A program made the translations under genes and the position numbers. Source: Zancudomyces culisetae HAW-14-8 (Eukaryota > Fungi > Kickxellomycota). Taken from it: DNA of 64,000 nucleotides. The stretch spans positions 1,488,001-1,552,000 of the forward strand of contig JBNJNM010000006.1 in the NCBI GenBank assembly GCA_052426225.1. The letters are read 5' to 3'. The notes under the pieces are model-generated. The model saw only the letters and a list, made by a program, of their open reading frames with translations, did not search any database and was not told the origin of the DNA. Each line of letters begins with the position of its first letter. The first letter of the stretch is position 1. This document shows positions 36,993 through 48,311 of this stretch, in pieces.

Positions 36993-37816
36993 TACTGTCT
37001 GTTAGCTCTTTCTATATATTAGTTTAAAACTTTATATACTTTTGTTTTTTATGTCCTTCTATTGCTACTAACTCTATTTTTTTTATATAAATTTGGTTTT
37101 TATTCCTTGTTTCAAAAGTAGTTATTTTAGATGTTTAATTTCAAACACAAATAAAAATCAAAAATATTTTTAGTATTTGGCGACCATTAAGAGACAGAAA
37201 AAGTAATCGTGTATTTTGCTAATGCTGTTGCGTACAATAATGAAAGTACTAGTATAAAAATTTTAAAATTAGACATACGTGACTGCAGGTTTGAAGGTAT
37301 AAATTTTTCAAATACTTAGGGATCACCTATCAACGAAACCAAGTTTGCCAGGTTTGAAACTCTAGAACGGATATATTATGGTAAACTTGTGGCATTAATT
37401 CGTGTTTTGTTTGGCTATAGTAATTTGAAAATGATACCTTTAGTTATGAGGTTTAACATTAGGTAGTGGATTAGTTGATATTTGAATGATTCAATAGATT
37501 TGATAAAAGATCTATTCATCCCGTATTTCTTTTCCCGAATGAGCACACATTACTTAAAAAAGCATATCTTGTTAACCATTATATTTGCCCAACGATCCTT
37601 TATTACTAGAGCCTGCAAATATATAAAACAGTGGTTCAAAAAAACTATCAAAAGTATACAAAATCGAATAGTTAAGCACAACCAGTTTCATTTTTTGGGA
37701 TACCAAGCTCACTAATGGTTTTCATGAATACAAAGTACCAAATTTACATATTTATAATAGAGTATTAGCATTAAAATTACTCCCCATTACTTGATAAAAC
37801 AAGAGATAGGTATTCA

Positions 37817-38783
37817 CTAGACGCAATCTGTGTGTAAATAAACCCCCTCCTCTGCTCCAACGACCACTGCCGGAATAAATGTATTGAGTTCGTATTGATA
37901 TTTGAATACCTTCCTACACACCTGGCACTTTTTCGAAAACACACCAGAATATCCCTGTAGCCATTTTATAAATCCTACAATATCATACTTTCCGACAAAA
38001 CAGAACCTCTCTTGTATAAGCCTTTCCATAACTTTGTATACCCGCGTACCACGCTTATAAAGTATATCAGCCTTGACTGCCCTGATTTTGGTGTTCTTGC
38101 TCTCTTCTAGTATCACTCTGACAATAAAAATATGCCCAATTTTGATCCTGATCTCTTCATCCTTCAAGTATATCTTCAATCCGAATTCCTTGATCTCTTT
38201 TTGAACCCCTTTTAGCTTTTCCACAAGCTGATTCCTGTAGAATTGTTCACGCTCCTGATCAAGCAATTCTGACGCCATCTTTTTTAGCGCTAGAAGTTTC
38301 TGTGCTCTTTGTTTTTCCCCAATGTCTTTTTCACTTGCATCACTCTTTGTCGATTTTTTTGGTATCAGGTTCGACCCTGCTATACTCTGATTGTGCTCCG
38401 CTAATTTTTTAGTAATTTCGCTTATTGCATTATAAATATCAACAGAATTATTCTCAATATCCTCCAAGGTCTGGATCCCTATGTTTATTAAATGTGCTTT
38501 GTCAACTTAGTACAAAATAAAAGCGTTTATACCCATCATAATATCAACAGTGTTTGGGGAGTAGAAGACTTATATTATGAATTAAACAGCTTACTGTTGT
38601 TGTTTCCCTCATATCCAGAAATTTCGCTGGATAAATTCACCATTTTATACCTTATGGTACGAACCTAAATTTAGAATCCCCCAATTACCACTGAATACCA
38701 AAAACTAGTTTCTCATCAGAACAATAAATTATATATCAAGTTTTTACCTTTTCAATCAAATCTTCAAGATGATCCAAATCCAT
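37817..38783 (-). CDS. MED27: Mediator subunit 27-like; exons 38783-38748, 38664-38595, 38478-37817
   Basis: C-terminal WLQGYSGVFSKKCQVC...HTDC resembles Med27 WLxSYxxLFxxxCxxC...HxxC. Two in-phase GT-AG introns supply an ATG. Confidence 0.72.
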
Positions 38784-39019
38784 ACTCTCGATTTTCTAAA
38801 TGATATTTGATCCTTAACGTTTGAAGCTCAAAAGTTATCTGGTACTCTTACATATTCTATATATTTACAAAGCGAATTGTATCAATATGTATGATAAATT
38901 AAATATCGAGTTATAATTGCTCCAATAAAAATAGTGAAAAGTCAAAAATCACAATAATTTACGGACAAAAAGTGAAAATGCACGAATTAACATATCCCAA
39001 TTTGTGGCAAATCTTAGTT

Positions 39020-40158
39020 CTAAATAAGACCCATTATATGATATCTTTGAAACTTGCTCAACTAACCTGCTACTAGACCAGCCTGAGCTGAACTATGTAT
39101 ATCGTCTTTTTGTCTAGCTTTGATACTGGTGAGTATACTCAATAGTGTGCAAACCATGAAATAAGCTTAAAAGCTCAGTATGGTTTGAACTTAACACTTT
39201 TCAGATTCATTGCTTCCAGTGGGATATTTTCAACTGCTAAGCAATGTGTACAGCTATCTAGTTGGCTTGTATGTACTTTAATTGATATACTTTTGACAAG
39301 CAGTCAGAAAAAAACACAGTCGCTGTAATTGAGAAGAATCATTGAATATAAAAGTTGGCAATAAAGTGATATTTCTGTATTTGGAACACACTCCACTGCA
39401 GAACCATTCACGTACGAGTATTTTGTACATGTTTGTTTTTTCTTTGAGTTGGAGTATTTATTGAGCAAAGAGCTGACATATTTAATCTATGAAGCAGCAG
39501 TACACGAACAATGAATAAATTGACCTTTAGTAATCTTGTGCTAGTAGGTAAATATGAATATTGCTTCAAAATTGTGAACGTGGAGTGTCAAACATCATTG
39601 ATTTAGAAGATTGATAAGAGCGAATTGTACTTCGACATACCCCTAACTAAATGAACGGATGCACACAATACAAAATCGGCATTTTTTTTCGTTAATTTTT
39701 GTTTCGGAAATACTCGTGAAAAAAATAATTATTTCATGTTCTGGAGCCAATTTCATGTTCTGGAGCCGATTTCATGTTTTGTGTTTATGCATGAAAATAA
39801 AAGTATTTAAACTTAACCTCTGCCCGACTCTTCACTCTTGAATCTTGTATTCGTTCTTATTTAAGGTTCAATAACTTGCAATAGATAGCGTGTTAGATCG
39901 AAAAACTATTCCAATTCAAACTCAACCTTAGTTACAATGGCTGCTTCTGCTATGAACGTAAACAATCTTTTTGGCGTTAAAGGAAAAGTTGTGCTGGTTA
40001 CTGGTGGCTCGCGTGGGTAAGTATTCTGTGGTACTTAACATTTTTTCACTATGAAATTGCAATATGCTATAAATTGGTTACCCATTAAACAATACAAGAA
40101 CAGGCAAATAAATATGCGAATATAGCACTGTAGCTACGATTTAAACTAATTTACAACT
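39020..40158. repeat. Right arm of long inverted repeat (uninterrupted; probably extends further into the SDR gene)
   Basis: Reverse complement of 1-505 plus 5509-6142; contains the empty insertion site (single CGTT on - strand near 39654-39657). Confidence 0.95.
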
Positions 40159-41176
40159 CTTTTACGTTTTTAGTATCGGACTTATGATAGCCGAGGTAGG
40201 TTACAGCTGAAAATATAACAAAGTATTTGACTTTTCTGTATTTGAACTTTTTGCTGGATATTCTGTCAAACCTAACCTGCTCTTTGAGTATTGTGTGCTT
40301 GTATACACAAGTTTTTGCAACAAAATGGTGAATAAATATAAACACCTACATTTTTAGGGCTTTGTTTCAAATGGTGCAAAAGTATATATTAGCAGCCGAA
40401 GTGCCGATGTGTGTGACAAAGTAGCTGAGTCGCTTACAAAAGTTGGTCCAGGGACATGTATTTCGGTTCCAGCCGATTTGTCTAAAAAGCAGGGAATCAA
40501 GCACCTCGTCTCAGAAATGGAAAAAAGAGAACCAGAAGGAATTGATGTGGTGATTAACAATGCAGGTGCTAACTGGGCAGCTCCATTTAGCCAGTACCCA
40601 GAGTCAGGTTTCGAAAAGGTGTTGAACCTGAATCTGACACATATTTTTTATCTTTCACAAGGGTAAGAATCTGTCTAGGTTTTACATACAATTACAAGGA
40701 TATGTGGCCAAAACTACGAGACGCCATAACTAAAACAAACTGTCTAATTTATTTTGTAAATCATGTAACATTATAGGCTGACACCACTTCTGGAGAAAAA
40801 AGCGACCAAGGATGATCCATCTAGAATAATAAACATTGGGTCAATTGATGGAATCGGAGTCTCGAGACATGAGACATACGCATACGGTGCATCCAAGGCT
40901 GGGCTCCACCATATGACACGGGGGATGGCCAACTTCCTAGCACCTCGCAACATTCTTGTAAATGCAGTTGCACCTGGCGCATTTGAATCCAAAATGATGG
41001 CAGACACACTTAAAAAGTTTGGTAGTGAGTTGGTAAAAGGCATTCCAACTGGGAGAATAGGAATTCCATCAGACATGGCAGCAGTATGCATATACTTGTC
41101 ATCAAAGGCATCAAACTATGTCTGTGGAGCTGTGATTGTTGTTGATGGCGGTGCTTCCTTTGCCCCCAAACTTTAA
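39937..41176 (+). CDS. Classical short-chain dehydrogenase/reductase (RhlG/FabG-like); exons 39937-40016, 40174-40195, 40358-40662, 40777-41176
   Basis: TGGSRGIG Rossmann motif across intron 1, INNAG, catalytic YGASK, VNAVAPG, VVDGG. Confidence 0.92.
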
Positions 41177-42241
41177 AGTCCTAGCTTTGTTTGTTTTAAT
41201 TTCTCAATATTCAGTCTATAATAAAAATGCTAAAATATAAAATTTGAGTTTATGAGATGGGAAAAACCACATTTCTCAATAAATGCTACCGAAAAAGAAA
41301 ACAATTTATAGGCATTTAAACAATACACAACTTTATCCGCGTTATATTCCGATATCCAATACTTTGGAGTCAATGACAATTTTGCATAATAATTACCATG
41401 GTATCAATAATGTGAATACTAGTTTCCATTCCTTGTAGTAAAATCAAACAAACATCCCAAGTGAATATAGTAAAAACATTGAAATGAAAAAAACCCTCTC
41501 GATACATTGTTTAATATTCACCAGGATTATCGCAATAATACAACCATTGAATACTGGAATTTGCAGCTTGACTTTTGCTAGTTTCAAGAATACATTGTGT
41601 AAAACAGTTGATTCTGAGCTCTGTCGTGCCTAGACTTGGCTTATCAAATTTTGCAACCTGATGCTTTTCTGTTAATTTCTTCAATAACCGTGAGTATAGC
41701 ACAACATGTATTTAACACCGGAAACTAATGACTTTTAAAAAAACAGAAGTAAGAATAATAATAATGAATCGAACGTCTTCTGAATTAGTCATTTAAACAA
41801 TCGTAGAAACGCCACTGAAGATGGAGTAGTAATATCTGCTCTTCACACCTCGACACTCATGATTTTAAACATCCGAACGCCATTTACCTTCAAGTTTTAA
41901 ATCACATTACATAATAACGGTGATTCACACAACTATATCTGCTTCTGTGTAGCTTTGAATCAGATGGTCATCAATCACAAGTTTGTTTAGAGCGTCATAA
42001 AATGAATAAATGTTCATATGTACCGCCAGTTGAAGACCTCAGCCCATTGCACTGCCAACATTCTTGAACATGATAGTTTGAGAAACAAGTATCTGTAAAT
42101 ATGTGTCATACTGTGATGGATGATGAGTAGCCGCAGCATAGCCATGAGAAAGATGGATAGAGCTACAAATGGTACAAGCTAATAGTGTTATATCACTCTA
42201 TTAGTGCCGATATAGTATTTCAGCCAATATCTAAACACATG

Positions 42242-42249
42242 TATAAATA
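42242..42249 (+). promoter_or_regulatory. TATA box upstream of the Gly-rich secreted protein
   Basis: TATAAATA about 100 bp before ATG 42350. Confidence 0.5.
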
Positions 42250-42349
42250 CCCGTACTTTCAGCTTCTCACTGACATGTTTACTCGCTCTCAACTGTTTTA
42301 TAAGCTAGTGTAAACTGTATAACAAACTTAATAAACGAAATAACAAAAG

Positions 42350-42949
42350 ATGGCAGTATTAAAATTGACAATCGGAAAGTTGGTTATAACCACATTGTTC
42401 TATATTGCTTGCGCAAATAGCATGCACATCCCAGGTGAAATAAATGGAGCTCACAACTTTGGTGCGCAACTCAAAAGACGTGGTAGTGCTGGATACAACC
42501 ATTACAAAATGCGCGATGTCGGAAATAATGGATATGGTGTGCATTCGCAGTCACAATACAATGACAATGCAAATTACTCAAACGGCAGTGGAGCTGGATA
42601 TAAAATGTACACATCTATAGATACCACAACGAAGAATCCACAACCTACTACCACTACCACTACTACTAGCACTACTACCACTACTACAGGTGGAGGAGGT
42701 GATGATGGAGGCGATGGTGGAAGTGGAGGAGGTGATGGAGGAGGTGATGGAGGAGGTGATGGAGGAGGTGATGGAGGAGGTGATGGAGGAGGCGATGGAG
42801 GAGGTGATGGTGGAGGTGATGGTGGAAGTGGAGGAGGCGATGGTGGAAGTGGAGGAGGCGATGATGGAAGTGGAGGAGGTGATGGTGGAAGTGGAGGAGG
42901 TGATGGCGGAAGTGGAGGAGGCGATGGTGGAAGTGGAGGAGGCCCATAA
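42350..42949 (+). CDS. Secreted Gly/Asp-rich repetitive protein
   Basis: Hydrophobic N-terminus ending ACANS, dibasic LKRR (Kex2-like), poly-Thr, then (GGGD)n/(GGGDGGS)n to the stop. Confidence 0.75.
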   Translation: MAVLKLTIGKLVITTLFYIACANSMHIPGEINGAHNFGAQLKRRGSAGYNHYKMRDVGNNGYGVHSQSQYNDNANYSNGSGAGYKMYTSIDTTTKNPQPTTTTTTTSTTTTTTGGGGDDGGDGGSGGGDGGGDGGGDGGGDGGGDGGGDGGGDGGGDGGSGGGDGGSGGGDDGSGGGDGGSGGGDGGSGGGDGGSGGGP

Positions 42950-45900
42950 GAATTTCAAACGTCGTCAAAGCAAATGAAAGAAAATTTTGATTTCGGATAA
43001 ATACATCAACCTAAACCATGTCTTTCATATAGTTAAATCCAAAGGTATTAATCACGCTTAGTGTAATACTTTTGGAACTGACCCAGTCAATATTTTTACT
43101 TGATTTTTATTTTATCTAAACCACAAATAATTTCTAATTCTAGTCTAGTTATCCAATTTTGTGGATCTGGTTTTTTTATTACTCGACACCTCCAACTCTT
43201 ATTCCCCCTATCTACCAAAACTTACTACTATTTTTGTGATCCCAGCTTTGACCGCTTCTGTAATTTCGCTTAATACAAGTGTACATATCGTATTCCACCT
43301 TACTTTTTTGAAATATTTTCACAAACTGTATACCATAAATAAAAGAATATAATAAGACTAGTCTATTGAAGCTGAACTGAGTTGAGTTTAGGTCAAATCA
43401 CTATTTTGCGTGTCGGGCCATTCGCATGTAGTACTATTTTTGATTATTTCCTTGGTCTATGTTTACTGTATTGTTAAATAGTTATTTATGATGAACTAGT
43501 ATAGAGGTTCATATGAACCTCTATATTTGTAAGATTAAAATTGTTTCAAATCTTCGATCATACTAGCTTACAACAATTACAGTTAGTTTCCACAATGTTA
43601 TTTCTACTCAAATATACATTACTATGCTGGAAGCGCCTAATAGAAAACCACGCTTTTTATCTGATTAAGTCTAGATTGGCTGAGTTTGCAGATTTAGAAT
43701 CTTTAAACATTTACTAGTACAGCACGCCCAACCTAATCGAGATTATCACTAGCAACTTGCGGCTAAAATATTCAGGGAATTGGTGGGATAATCGCAACTA
43801 GACTCTTGAAAGTCTATTTTCTGTATTTAGCATTGCCATTTGGTTTGGCTCGAATCAACCCTATGGAAAAATACAAATGTAACAACTATACATTCTAGAC
43901 GCTATAGTGTCTAAAAACGTATGATTTACTACATTTTTGGTTATATCTGAAAATTCAGGTATTAATTAGCAATTTTTTTACTGGTGCTAATCAACAATGA
44001 ATGAACATACAAAAAAATACATAGCAACTATTGTTTCCAGTAAAACTTTTATACCTTAAAGTTAATAACATCATACTCTAGTTAGTGTGACTTGGTAATT
44101 GGCATTTGACTATAATCACAATGCTTGGTTATAAAGTGTTTATAGAAAATCATCAAATAGACAAAAATTACTAGTTAATTAAATTCAAACCCATATTACT
44201 CACAAGACTGCCGTATCAATCGGAGTATTGGAGATTATACAAACTATGAGTACCATGTATATAGAAAAATTAATAAAATGCAACTTAAACTAAATATTCT
44301 ATAAATAATTATTAATGTTATAGAGTTCTGATATTAATTGAGAATTTCTGATAGTCTAGACTTTACATATCTACAGTTGATATGATATAAATTCAATTAT
44401 TAACATTCAACCTTAACCTTTTAATTCAATAAATTGCAATGTGCTGTTTAAAATGTGCACAGGTCCTAAATTATATTCTTGTGGCTATTTAAATAGAGTT
44501 GTAATTTAATTTGTGGATTAAAACATCAAGAATTATAATTATAGCAATAGGGCAGATAACGCACTATTCAATTATATAAGATTCTAAAATATAGTAAAAT
44601 GTTCTCAGTACAATATAATTGCTATAACCACTAACTTTTACTTTTTTGCAAGCATGAATATGTTATAATACCAGATTACGAATATGACGATAATATTATT
44701 AGGTTAGTATTTGGTAAATATTAGAAAAGTCACAACTATTAAATAGTGCACTCAGTTTATGTAAACGACTTTTCTTATACTATTTCTAATCTAATTTACA
44801 AGTGTATAGAGGAATAGACATTGCCAAATATCTACTAGGTACGTATTTTTAATAAATATTAATTATAACGTAGATTTGATTAGCTATAACCAAGCTAATA
44901 CCAGATAATTCTATCTAAAATATTAATAATATATTGTAGAAATTCTCCTAATTAAATCATGTATCTCGTAAACAATTTAGTCAGTATTTATTTGATTCCC
45001 AATTATTAAATTTATGTTTTTCATAACGCAAGTTTGATGTGTACTAAATATAACAAGAGAATAAATGACAATCGAGATTATTATTAGTTTACAAATGGAA
45101 AAACGTTTACAACGTATTTTAGAATTAATAAAGAAGTATATGTTATGAAAAGTCGATAAGAACACTACAATCTGGCAATAACATAGCCTGAAACCCTAAT
45201 ATCACATTATATATATATTACCCGAGATTGACAGCATACTAAAGTGGGACAAAGGAGAGCTGAGGATATCGGAACACATGATCTAACTGGAGTTTGGGGA
45301 TATGTTATTAGAAGTACAATGAACATTAGATTTAAATTATGATTGATAGGCTTTTGCTTGACAAATTTTCATAGTTTTTTATTTATGCAATAGAAACGAT
45401 GAACAAACAAAACGTGAGAAATGTGTGTCAAAATGAATATTTTAATTAGATTTTTATTTACTAGAATTGTTGATTATTTTTTAAAGAGATTTTAAAGGAT
45501 AATTATATATTATAAATTATAACAACAAAATCGTCATTATATGTATTTAAATATAATGTTAATATTGAAATAAAAGAAAAAATTTAAAGAAAAAATTTAA
45601 AGAAAAAATTGTGAGCAATAGTAGTGAATTTTGGATCATACTAAAGGCAAAATATCATATTCATATTAAGTAATATATCGATATACTTTGTTTGTTATAT
45701 TATTGATAAAAAAAATTGAATCAAACGCCAGGTTGATTCAAAAAATATGAGAATTATTTAATGTTCATTAGGAGTAAAGTTTAAGTGATAAAATACTGAT
45801 GCTCTATAATTAAGCTAAGTAAATATACTAAATCAACTACAAGTTAAATATTTAAAGAGATCTTATCAAGTTGATAACTATAATTGTTGTAAATATAGAT

Positions 45901-46566
45901 ACTTTTAAGTTAGAAAATGAATTATAATATGTTATAGTTAATAGAAGATAGCCCATCCCGCATAGTACTTTGAGCGAAAGTTACCAAGTAGGACCTCAAG
46001 TATTTTCACTACACGACAAAGCTTGTCATACTTAAAAAATCAACTACATAAATTCTTAGTTATTTTTAGTATTATAAAATATTTTATTTTTTGTGGATTA
46101 GAAGGTCGGAAAAGTACAACTTTTCCTTATTTTGGAAATTGGTGTTTTTATATACCATTTTCCCTTTCGCTATAAAAAGTAGAAAAAATAATAAAAACTA
46201 GCTTATTATACTAAATTAAACAATATAATAAACAATAGACGAAGCGAATCTGTAGATTGTTTGACGATTGTTATGGTAAATCCCTAAATTGTATAAAATA
46301 TAGTAAAATATTAAAGTTGTAAAATAAATAAACAAAAAATTGTTGTGCGGATTATATATGCGTCGACAATGTAGTTGATTTCTACTTAATAGCTCTACTC
46401 AGTTGTACAATATCAGATTAAAAATTTATTCTCCGTTTAGTTTTTTGTCATAAAGATAGTTTTTTATTTACTTTGTATTCAATTCTTTATAAACTAGAAA
46501 ACCTAATGGTGAAAAACTAATACCTAAAGGGCTAATAATAAATAATAATAAAAGTCGTTTAAAATA

Positions 46567-46815
46567 TGTCGTATGCCTACAATAGGTGAAACATTTCCAT
46601 TGGTTAAACGTGTTTTGTAATTTTTAGTTAGATTTTTTGTAGATTTTATTGTATAAAATTAAAATTTTTGTTTAACTAAATAAATGTCCTCTTTAGCAAA
46701 ATCATAATTTACTATATATTATTCGCAGCATATAGTAAAAGGTAAGTAAAATGACCCGTCCCGTGTGTTAATTAGTGTAAAAAACACTAAATGGGAGGTT
46801 AAACATGGCAACACA
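46567..46815 (+). mobile_element. Solo LTR, same family as 59309-59557
   Basis: TGTCGTATG...GGCAACACA; collinear diverged direct copy at 59309. Confidence 0.75.
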
Positions 46816-46821
46816 CAAAAT

Positions 46822-47102
46822 TGTCGTATGAATTCTGTAGTTTTATTATTTAATATTTTATCAAGAGATTTTTCGTCGACGTTTAAACTTTTAATATAAA
46901 TTTCCAGTTCGCCTAATTTTTAAGTATATACTATATGTATTTTAATAAAGCGATTTTATTTCAAGAACAGACAAGTTTTTCCACACGAGGTTCTTTTGTG
47001 TGCTATATAAAAGAAACTAAAGTTAAGGTAAATAAATATAAGCATATAAAATTATACTACTAATATAAAATGAGAAACTGTAAATATGTAGAGTCATACG
47101 AT
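46822..47102 (+). mobile_element. Probable decayed solo LTR abutting the previous one
   Basis: Starts TGTCGTATGA and ends TCATACGATG, an 8/10 match to the inverted terminus. Size is LTR-like. Confidence 0.45.
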
Positions 47103-47858
47103 GAAAAAACCCGGTGGGAAAAACGTTTTGACTCTCGAACAACGATAAGAATGTAAGTAACATAAACAACCAAAATTATAAAAAACGTTCTTAAACAATG
47201 TATATTAATGTGTAGTTTTAGCATGAATTATTAAGTTGTAAGTTTCATATAACACAATATGTTGTATGCAAAAGCATCAACTTAAATTTACCGCTTTCAT
47301 TGCAGCAAAATAGCAGAGAAATCAATTTTGAAAAAATTGTTTCCTGCGCAATTCAATTTAGAGTACAAAAATTATGACCATGTTATAAATTTTTGTCAAC
47401 TTTACAGCCAATTTAATAGTACAAATCGATTTATTTTTTAGTCGAATCGATTTTATACTTTATTAGTGGATTTATTTTTAATCAATTTTATTAGTAAATT
47501 ATTAGTATAAATTGAAAAATTTGTAAATCCGACCAAAACCACACTAAAAGTAAAAATAAACATATATAGAGAGGCGTAATACTATTTTTTTAGTGTAAGG
47601 AAAGGGCCATTTTGGCTATATTTTCCAGGTTTTGGGAGGAATTCTTTTAAATAAAATTATTTTTACCAAAAATTGTGGAAATTGTCCAGTTGTGTTCTTT
47701 CCGAGGGGGTTTTATAGATAGTGGTTAACTGGCTAGAAATGGTAAATCCTGTGTCAGTAATAACCACCCTTCTAGGGAACCGTGATTGATATTAGTGGAA
47801 GTTTTTTGGGAAAATCCTATTGGACTAGTACTAAAAAATGAAAACGAATTCAACAAAT

Positions 47859-48194
47859 TGTCGTATGAGAAATACGATGGAACGATTTATCTACCTATTT
47901 TATATTTTATATAATTAGCAGTATTTTTAGATTGGACTTTTTCTCCCCTCGTGGTTTTTGTTCAACATTCATAATTAGGATAGTTTAAATTTAGATTATA
48001 GTTAACACAAAATTATAGGACATATTTGGGGGTTAATACAATCGCCCACAACTTACTTGAATAAAATAACTCTTAACCACATTTAAAATTAGTTAAATAT
48101 AGTATAAACATATAAAAAATAATACATAATATTATACTACACGAATAGAGAAATATATTAAGAAATAATATTAGAACTAGTAAGTTCTACATCA
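47859..48194 (+). repeat. 5' LTR of element 2
   Basis: TGTCGTATG...CTACATCA. Confidence 0.96.
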
Positions 48195-48195
48195 G

Positions 48196-48212
48196 TGGCG
48201 CTCCCAGCTAGG
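48196..48212 (+). promoter_or_regulatory. Primer-binding site (tRNA identity uncertain, possibly Arg)
   Basis: TGGCGCTCCCAGCTAGG 1 nt after the LTR; complementary to a tRNA ending GGGAGCG-CCA. Confidence 0.65.
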
Positions 48213-48311
48213 CCCAATTACTATACAATTTTCAAATATTCAATTATTATAGTAAGTTTAAAAAGAAAAAATAAATAAAAATCAAAAAAAAATATAACAA
48301 GATTACAGAAT

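Noticed and set aside
6143-39019. Mating-type locus inside the inverted repeat
   Set aside because: No HMG-box, homeodomain, pheromone or receptor gene recognised; only the inversion-competent structure is retained as a finding.
42690-42977. Glu/Val/Met-rich and His-rich ORFs overlapping the Gly-rich gene
   Set aside because: Alternate-frame readings of the GGA-GGT-GAT repeat; only the Gly frame carries the signal peptide.
48196-48212. Element 2 primed by the neighbouring tRNA-Val or tRNA-Ile
   Set aside because: The PBS is not complementary to either 3' end (expected TGGTGATTTC or TGGTGCTCTG).
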